Below are positions 58,491-64,000 of a stretch of DNA of 64,000 bases, one piece after another; position 1 is the stretch's first letter; each line of letters starts with the position of its first letter. Origin of the DNA: an uncultured delta proteobacterium. GTDB taxonomy: Bacteria; Myxococcota; UBA727; VGSZ01. The notes under the pieces were generated by a model, which saw only the letters and a list, made by a program, of their open reading frames with translations, ran no database searches and had not been told where the DNA came from. The DNA lies in the NCBI GenBank assembly GCA_963775425.1, contig CAVZJB010000011.1:512001-576000 (forward strand). Direction: 5' to 3'. The translations under genes and the position numbers were made by a program.

Positions 58491-61400
58491 TCAGAACTCC
58501 CAGCGGTACCAGACGTCGCCGCCGAGGTCGCCCCACTGGTTGGTGCAGGAGGGGCACGTGCCCGTGTCCTCCGACGACCAGCTCAGGCGCAGGCGCACGT
58601 TGCTGTCGAAGCGCTTCTCCCACTCGACGCGCTGCTCGGTGCCCGAGCCGGTGGTGTCGACGAGCGTGCTCTGCAGACGCAGCCGCGACCCGTCGATGCC
58701 CCACAGCCCCGGGTTCACCTCCATGCCGAGCGCCACCGCCGGGACGCTCGCGCCCGCGCGCGCCGAGAATTGCGACGTCAGCCGCAGCTCGTCGAGGTTC
58801 AACGCGCTCGACTTGCGCACGGCCTCGGGGAGGACGCGCCTGAGCTCCTTGTCGAGCCCCGTGTAGGCGCTCACCACCTCGAGGCCCGCGGCGCCCGCGC
58901 TGCCGCCGGCGTCGCGCACCTCGAACTGCGTGAAGCCGAAGGTCAACAGCGACACGATGTCGATCTCCGACAGCTCCGGCCGCGAGCTCAGATCGATCTT
59001 GGGCGCCTGCGCCGGCCCCCCGAGGTGCGCGGTGACGTCGTAGTCGTGCACCGTGGTCTCCGCCTCCACGTCGAGGATGGGCATCACCCGATAGGTGTCC
59101 ACGAAGTCCACCGTGCCGCGCGCGAGCCGGTAGCGGTTGCCGCGGAAGGTGGCGTTGCCGCGGATGAGCTGCACGCCGCCCTTCAGGCCCGGCCGCTCGT
59201 CGGTGCCCGTGAGGAACAGGTCGCCCTTGGCCTCGAGGTCGAGCACGTTGTTTTCGACGACGAGGCCGCGGTCGGCGATGAGGTGGACGTCGAAGCGGAC
59301 GTCCTCGTCGTCGGTGTCGAGGCTCTGCAACGCGCTCCCGCGCCGTCGCAGATCGGGCAGCAGGCGCTCCCAGTTGATGTCCTCGGTGTAGCGCGCCGAG
59401 TGCACGCGCACGTCGCCGGTGAGCGTGGGCAGCGCCGCGTCGCCCTTCAGCGTCAGCCGGCCCGAGGAGACGCTCTCGATGCTCGACGGCACGTGGAGCT
59501 TCAAGCGGTCGTAGCGCAGGTCCAGGTCGTAGAAGCTCGGCTTCACGCCGTCGAGCGTGATGGCTCCCTGCCCGTGGATGGGGGCGCCGTCGGCGCGGGC
59601 GGTGGCCCGCTCCACGACGATGTTGGGCCCGCGAAACGCGATCTGCGCGTCGATGTCGTCGAGCTCGGGGAACGGCCCGTCGAGCGTGAGCTTGCCGCTT
59701 TGTACCAGGCCCTGGCCCGACATGGCGGCGTGGTCGAGGTCGCCGGTGACGGCGATGTCGAAGCTGAAGCGCCCGTCGGCGCTCCTGGCGCGCGACCACA
59801 CCCGCGGCAGGAGCGCGAGCCCGCCGTTGCCGGAGACGGCGAGGTCGAGGGCGTCGTCGGACAACAGCCCGCGCACGCTCACCCGATCGGGCTCCACCGC
59901 CGAGGGCGACGAGCCGTGCGCGGCGCCCGGGGGGGGCGCGCTCGACAAATCGAGGAGGTCGAAGGTGACGCGGGTGCCGTGGAAGTGCGCCGCGACGTCG
60001 CCGCGCGAGGCGAGCTTCAAGCCGCGCGCTTCGACCTTCATGGTCTTGAGCGCCAGGGTGCCGCGGCTGTCGCGGAAGGTCTTGAGCGCGCCGCGGGCGT
60101 CGACGTCGCCGCCGACGACGACGTTCACCGAGGCCGGCAGCAGGTCTTTGGGGAGCAGCGGCGCGAGCGCGCCGTCGCTCACCGCCACCGTGGCGTCGTA
60201 GTTGAACGGCGAGCGCGTCTCGACGTGGACGACGCCGTCGCCGCGCCCCGACAGCACCTTGCCGGTGAGCGTGAGCACGCGGCCCTTGTGGTCGAGGGCG
60301 ACGTCGGCGTCGCCGATGGGGACGGTGCCGTAGCCCGCGTCGTGCACCACCGCGCGCCCCACGAGCCCGGGGTCGTGCGCGCTCCTGCCGAGCTTGCCGT
60401 CGACGTCGAAGGTGCCGTGGAACGGCTTGGCCGCGTCCTTGAGCGCGTCGATGTCCGCGAGCGGGACGCCATGCACGGAGACCTCGCCGTCGAGGTCGGC
60501 GTCGGCGCGGCCGACGCTGGCGACGACGTGGCCCTTGCCCTTGGCGGCGGCGGCGGCGGGGCCGACGGCGACGTCGAGCTTGTCGATGACGAAGCGGTCG
60601 AGGTCCATGTGGAACGCGCCGCTGCCGGTGAGGTGCTGATCGAGGAGCGAGGCGCCGTCGAGGATGTCGAGGTTCCCCTCGCCCTTCATGTGATCGAAGG
60701 TGCCGTCGCCGACGGCGCCCTGCGCGACCATCCTGCCGCGGACGGGGCCGGCGAGGTCGAGGTCCTCGCGCAGGAAGTCGAGGACGCCCGTGGTGTAGCG
60801 CGCCGGGATCACCGCGCGCAGGTCCTGGGCCTGCGCCGGATCGAACGCGATGTCGACGGCGAGGTTGGGCGTCTCCTGAACCACGCCCCGCTCGTCGGCC
60901 TTGGGCGTGAAGTTGAGCGCCACGGTGCCACCGTAGCGGGAGCGGCCGTTCTTGACGGCGACGACGTCCTCGAAGCGCAGGTCGTCCTTGAACAGGTGCA
61001 CGCGCCCGGTGGCGTCGCCGAACGCGAAGTCCTCGAGGCCGAAGCCGCCGATCTCGAGCTCGGCGGTGAGCACCGGGCCCGACTGCGGCCCCTCGACGTG
61101 CATGTGCCCGCGGCCCACCCCGGTGAAGGCCAGGTGCGAGATGCGGTTGTCGATGCTCCTGAAGTCGGCCTGGTCGCTGTCGGCGTCGATGACGAGGCCC
61201 TTGTTCACGTCGTAATAGACCTGGAAGAACCCCGAGGCGCGCGTGAAGCCGTCGTCGATGGAGCCGTCGAAGCGCAGGCCCTGCTCGTCGACGCGGATGC
61301 CCACGTCGCGCCCCTGCACGGGCCGGGGCACCTCGATGACGATGCGGTCCTGGGGCGCTTTGCGGACGTCCATCGACGCCACGAGGATGTCGGTGAAGGT

Positions 61401-62699
61401 GCCGCCGCCCTTGCCGGTGAGGAGCAGCGGGCGCAGCGTGCCCGAGACGTCGACGCGCCCGTCGACGTGCGCGTCACCCCACGCGCCGTGCACGCCCATG
61501 TTGTCCATGAGCTGGTAGATGGAGAACGCGGGGGCGTCGGCCTTCACGTTCGTGTGGAGCGCGTCGTCGAAGGCCACGCGCGCCGAGCCGTGGACGGTGG
61601 TGTCGGCCCAGTCCCAGCTCGCCTGCTCGACGTCGAGCGCCTTCTTGTCCGCCTTGAAGCGGGCGCGCAGGGAGCCGAGGTGGAGGTTGTCGACGTCGAC
61701 GCCGACGGTGTCCACCTGACCCACGGCGAGCAGCTCCTCGCCGCCGGGCTTGGCCGAGATGTGCGCCGTGAGGTTGGCGGCGCCCTTCACCGGGAGCGGC
61801 AGGTGGAAGTGCGTGAGCGCGGTCTTGAGGTTGGCGCGCGCGCTGATGTCGGCGTCGAAGGCGGGGACGAGGCCGGCGGGGCCGAGGACGACGTCGCCGG
61901 AGACGCTCACCTCGGCGTCGTCGGCGTCGACGGTGACGTCGCTGACGGCGATGCGCTCGGGCGCGAGCAGCCCGTCGCCGCGGACGGCGAGGCTGCCGCC
62001 GAAGGCGTCGGCGGTGATGATGTCCTCGCCGCCGTCGTCGAGGGGCCGCTTCACGTCGGCCTGCGCGACCGTGAACTTCAGGCGGTGCTCCTCGCGGCCG
62101 CGGTCGCGCAGGCGCACCTCGACGCCCCCCAGGTGCGCCCGCACCGCAGGGGGCCCCGCCGCAGGCGCCGGGGGCGCCGCCGCAGGCGCAGCGCCCGCAG
62201 GCGCAGGGGGCGCCGCCAGCGCGCGCGGTGTGACGGCGAGATCGAGCTCACCGTCGTGGAGCTGGAAGTCGGCGACGTCGACGCGGATGAGCGGCTCGCT
62301 CGAGCGCTTGGCCGGCGGGCGGATGCCCGCGATCTTGCCGTCCACCACGCGCAGGATGCCGTGGGGGTGATCGATCTCGAGGTGCTCGAGCCGCAGCCGC
62401 CGCTCGAAGAACTTGAGCGGGGCCACGTCGGCCACGATGCGGTCGGCGGTGAAGAGCACCTCGCCGTCGTCGCCCTTCAACAGCACCGGCCCCATGACCA
62501 CGCGCGCGCTCTGCGCCTCGGCCTCGACGTGGGCGACCACGAGCGTGAGCCCGAGCTCGTCGTGGAGCCGCTCGGCGAGCCAATCGAGCGCGAAGTTGAG
62601 GGTGGGCTCGCTCAACAGGAAACGCACGGCGAGCGCCACCAGTCCCGCGAAGATCGCGAGGCCGATCGGGAGCCGCGGTCGTCGACGAGGCAGCCGCAC
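58491..62699 (-). CDS. tamB: Translocation/assembly module TamB (AsmA-like, DUF490)
   Basis: N-terminal anchor, long beta-taco pattern, C-terminal L.S.P.LSE.DI.SLL.FG and YRWEF. Confidence 0.85.
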   Translation of the reverse strand: MRLPRRRPRLPIGLAIFAGLVALAVRFLLSEPTLNFALDWLAERLHDELGLTLVVAHVEAEAQSARVVMGPVLLKGDDGEVLFTADRIVADVAPLKFFERRLRLEHLEIDHPHGILRVVDGKIAGIRPPAKRSSEPLIRVDVADFQLHDGELDLAVTPRALAAPPAPAGAAPAAAPPAPAAGPPAVRAHLGGVEVRLRDRGREEHRLKFTVAQADVKRPLDDGGEDIITADAFGGSLAVRGDGLLAPERIAVSDVTVDADDAEVSVSGDVVLGPAGLVPAFDADISARANLKTALTHFHLPLPVKGAANLTAHISAKPGGEELLAVGQVDTVGVDVDNLHLGSLRARFKADKKALDVEQASWDWADTTVHGSARVAFDDALHTNVKADAPAFSIYQLMDNMGVHGAWGDAHVDGRVDVSGTLRPLLLTGKGGGTFTDILVASMDVRKAPQDRIVIEVPRPVQGRDVGIRVDEQGLRFDGSIDDGFTRASGFFQVYYDVNKGLVIDADSDQADFRSIDNRISHLAFTGVGRGHMHVEGPQSGPVLTAELEIGGFGLEDFAFGDATGRVHLFKDDLRFEDVVAVKNGRSRYGGTVALNFTPKADERGVVQETPNLAVDIAFDPAQAQDLRAVIPARYTTGVLDFLREDLDLAGPVRGRMVAQGAVGDGTFDHMKGEGNLDILDGASLLDQHLTGSGAFHMDLDRFVIDKLDVAVGPAAAAAKGKGHVVASVGRADADLDGEVSVHGVPLADIDALKDAAKPFHGTFDVDGKLGRSAHDPGLVGRAVVHDAGYGTVPIGDADVALDHKGRVLTLTGKVLSGRGDGVVHVETRSPFNYDATVAVSDGALAPLLPKDLLPASVNVVVGGDVDARGALKTFRDSRGTLALKTMKVEARGLKLASRGDVAAHFHGTRVTFDLLDLSSAPPPGAAHGSSPSAVEPDRVSVRGLLSDDALDLAVSGNGGLALLPRVWSRARSADGRFSFDIAVTGDLDHAAMSGQGLVQSGKLTLDGPFPELDDIDAQIAFRGPNIVVERATARADGAPIHGQGAITLDGVKPSFYDLDLRYDRLKLHVPSSIESVSSGRLTLKGDAALPTLTGDVRVHSARYTEDINWERLLPDLRRRGSALQSLDTDDEDVRFDVHLIADRGLVVENNVLDLEAKGDLFLTGTDERPGLKGGVQLIRGNATFRGNRYRLARGTVDFVDTYRVMPILDVEAETTVHDYDVTAHLGGPAQAPKIDLSSRPELSEIDIVSLLTFGFTQFEVRDAGGSAGAAGLEVVSAYTGLDKELRRVLPEAVRKSSALNLDELRLTSQFSARAGASVPAVALGMEVNPGLWGIDGSRLRLQSTLVDTTGSGTEQRVEWEKRFDSNVRLRLSWSSEDTGTCPSCTNQWGDLGGDVWYRWEF

Positions 62700-62794
62700 C
62701 GTGGGATTCTGCCGTTCGCCTGCCCGCCGCGCCAGTTCGGACACCGCGCTGTGCCCTGACGCCCATCCCGCCCCGCGCGCGTCGTGGGGGCGCG

Positions 62795-63118
62795 CTAGAG
62801 CAGGTACTTGACGCGGTCGTCGGCGCCGAGGGCGGCGTACACGGCGTAGACCTGATCGCCCGACGTCACCCACAGCCGCAGCGTGACGCTCTCGTAGCGC
62901 CCCCGGGCGCTCTTTCGCGTGCTGTGCTCGCCGTCGGTGATCTCGCGCCCGAGCACCTCGCCGACCCTCTCGAGCATGCTCTCCACGAAGTCCGACGCCG
63001 TCTTGCCCACGGCCTTGAAGCAAAACTCGCAGGGGAAGTCGACGAGGTCGTGGATGCGCTTTTGGTCCTGGACGGCGCCGAGCGACCATCCGAGCAGGGG
63101 GCCTGCGGAGTCCGTCAT
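62795..63118 (-). CDS. DUF493/YbeD family protein
   Basis: FPCEFCFKAVG...SARGRYESVT...VYAAL....VKYLL. Confidence 0.88.
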   Translation of the reverse strand: MTDSAGPLLGWSLGAVQDQKRIHDLVDFPCEFCFKAVGKTASDFVESMLERVGEVLGREITDGEHSTRKSARGRYESVTLRLWVTSGDQVYAVYAALGADDRVKYLL

Positions 63119-63166
63119 GGGCCGATTGTAACGGCTGCTCCCGGCGACGACGACGGCGACAGAGAC

Positions 63167-63928
63167 CTACACAGTGGCGAGCAGACCGTCGGCGACGAGA
63201 TCGTCGATCAGCGCCTCCGCCTCTTCGTCGGCGCCGAGCTGCCGCGCCTCGTCGACGAGCGCCGCCCGCTCCCGCCCCTCGCGCGCGTACGCGAGGAGCG
63301 CGAACAGCGGCTCGGCGCACGGCGCCACGTCGGGCGTGGCCAGGAGGTGCTCGAGCCCCTGCTCGTCCCACACAGGCTCGGGGGCCTCGACGCGCGCGCC
63401 GCGCGCCACCGCCTCCTGCAGCGACGCCGCGCCGGCGGCCAGCCGCGCTCGCGCGCGGGCGTAGAAGGCGAGCGTGCCCGCCGGGACCCGGGCCAGCTCG
63501 ACGCCGGGCGCGCGGGCGAGCCGATCGTCGACGCCGCCCATGCCGCGACGACGTCGTCGCCGGCGCGCGAGCGCGACCGCGAGCTCGATCTGCGCCACCG
63601 CGCCGGCGCGCGGAAAGAGCCAGTCGCCGAAGGCGTCGACGACGAGCCGGTCCGTCATCACCGCGTGGCGAAACGGCGAGGAGCGCACGAAGGCGCCGAG
63701 CGCGCCGGCGCCGACGACGGCGCACGACACCGGGTACTCCTCGATGAGCGTGGCGAGCAGCCGGAGCGGCCGCTCGGGGTCCGTGCGAAACGCGCGCGCG
63801 TCGACGCGACACAACAGCGCGCGCTCGTCGTCGTCGAGGCCGCGCGCGCGCCCCGCGCGCACGTCGTCGGCGAAGGACGCGTCGAAGTGCATGAGCACCG
63901 CCGCGCGCTGGACGACGCTCGGCCTCAT
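63167..63928 (-). CDS. Hypothetical protein
   Basis: GGAGG RBS upstream; helical N-terminus and wHTH-like C-terminus. Confidence 0.65.
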   Translation of the reverse strand: MRPSVVQRAAVLMHFDASFADDVRAGRARGLDDDERALLCRVDARAFRTDPERPLRLLATLIEEYPVSCAVVGAGALGAFVRSSPFRHAVMTDRLVVDAFGDWLFPRAGAVAQIELAVALARRRRRRRGMGGVDDRLARAPGVELARVPAGTLAFYARARARLAAGAASLQEAVARGARVEAPEPVWDEQGLEHLLATPDVAPCAEPLFALLAYAREGRERAALVDEARQLGADEEAEALIDDLVADGLLATV

Positions 63929-64000
63929 GCAGCATCCTCCGAGGGATGCACCCGCGAACGCCGTGTGCCACCCTCACCACGCCGCCGCGCGTGTCCGCAC

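Noticed and set aside
9508-62759. Very long antisense ORFs (e.g. 9508..12555, 52625..57127, 58770..62759)
   Set aside because: Expected stop-poor shadows in very high-GC DNA; no recognisable motifs

Overview
Very GC-rich bacterial chromosome segment with a Myxococcota-like gene set: MYXO-CTERM signal, MopE-type Cys/Asp repeats, FHA domains, a Ser/Thr kinase fold, and (Gly-Glu)n-tract lipoproteins. About 45 protein genes; no tRNA, rRNA, CRISPR array or transposase seen. Housekeeping genes (mreB, coaBC, pyrD, tamB, AmmeMemoRadiSam pair) are mixed with many surface proteins. The best candidate for an undescribed system is a MerR-like regulator followed by a signal-peptide-less alpha-2-macroglobulin/thioester (CCEQ) protein with two FHA domains, one at the bait-region position (30933-36215). 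Other notable items: a giant surface ORF with an internal MYXO-CTERM followed by a second lipoprotein signal and vWA domain (possible polyprotein), a circularly permuted pyroglutamyl peptidase, an unannotated 53-aa ORF coupled to a variant HD protein, a pseudokinase, REPIN-like repeats, apparently leaderless promoters, and three +1 frameshifts beside AGATC that may be sequencing errors. All family calls are from motif recognition by eye; no searches were run.
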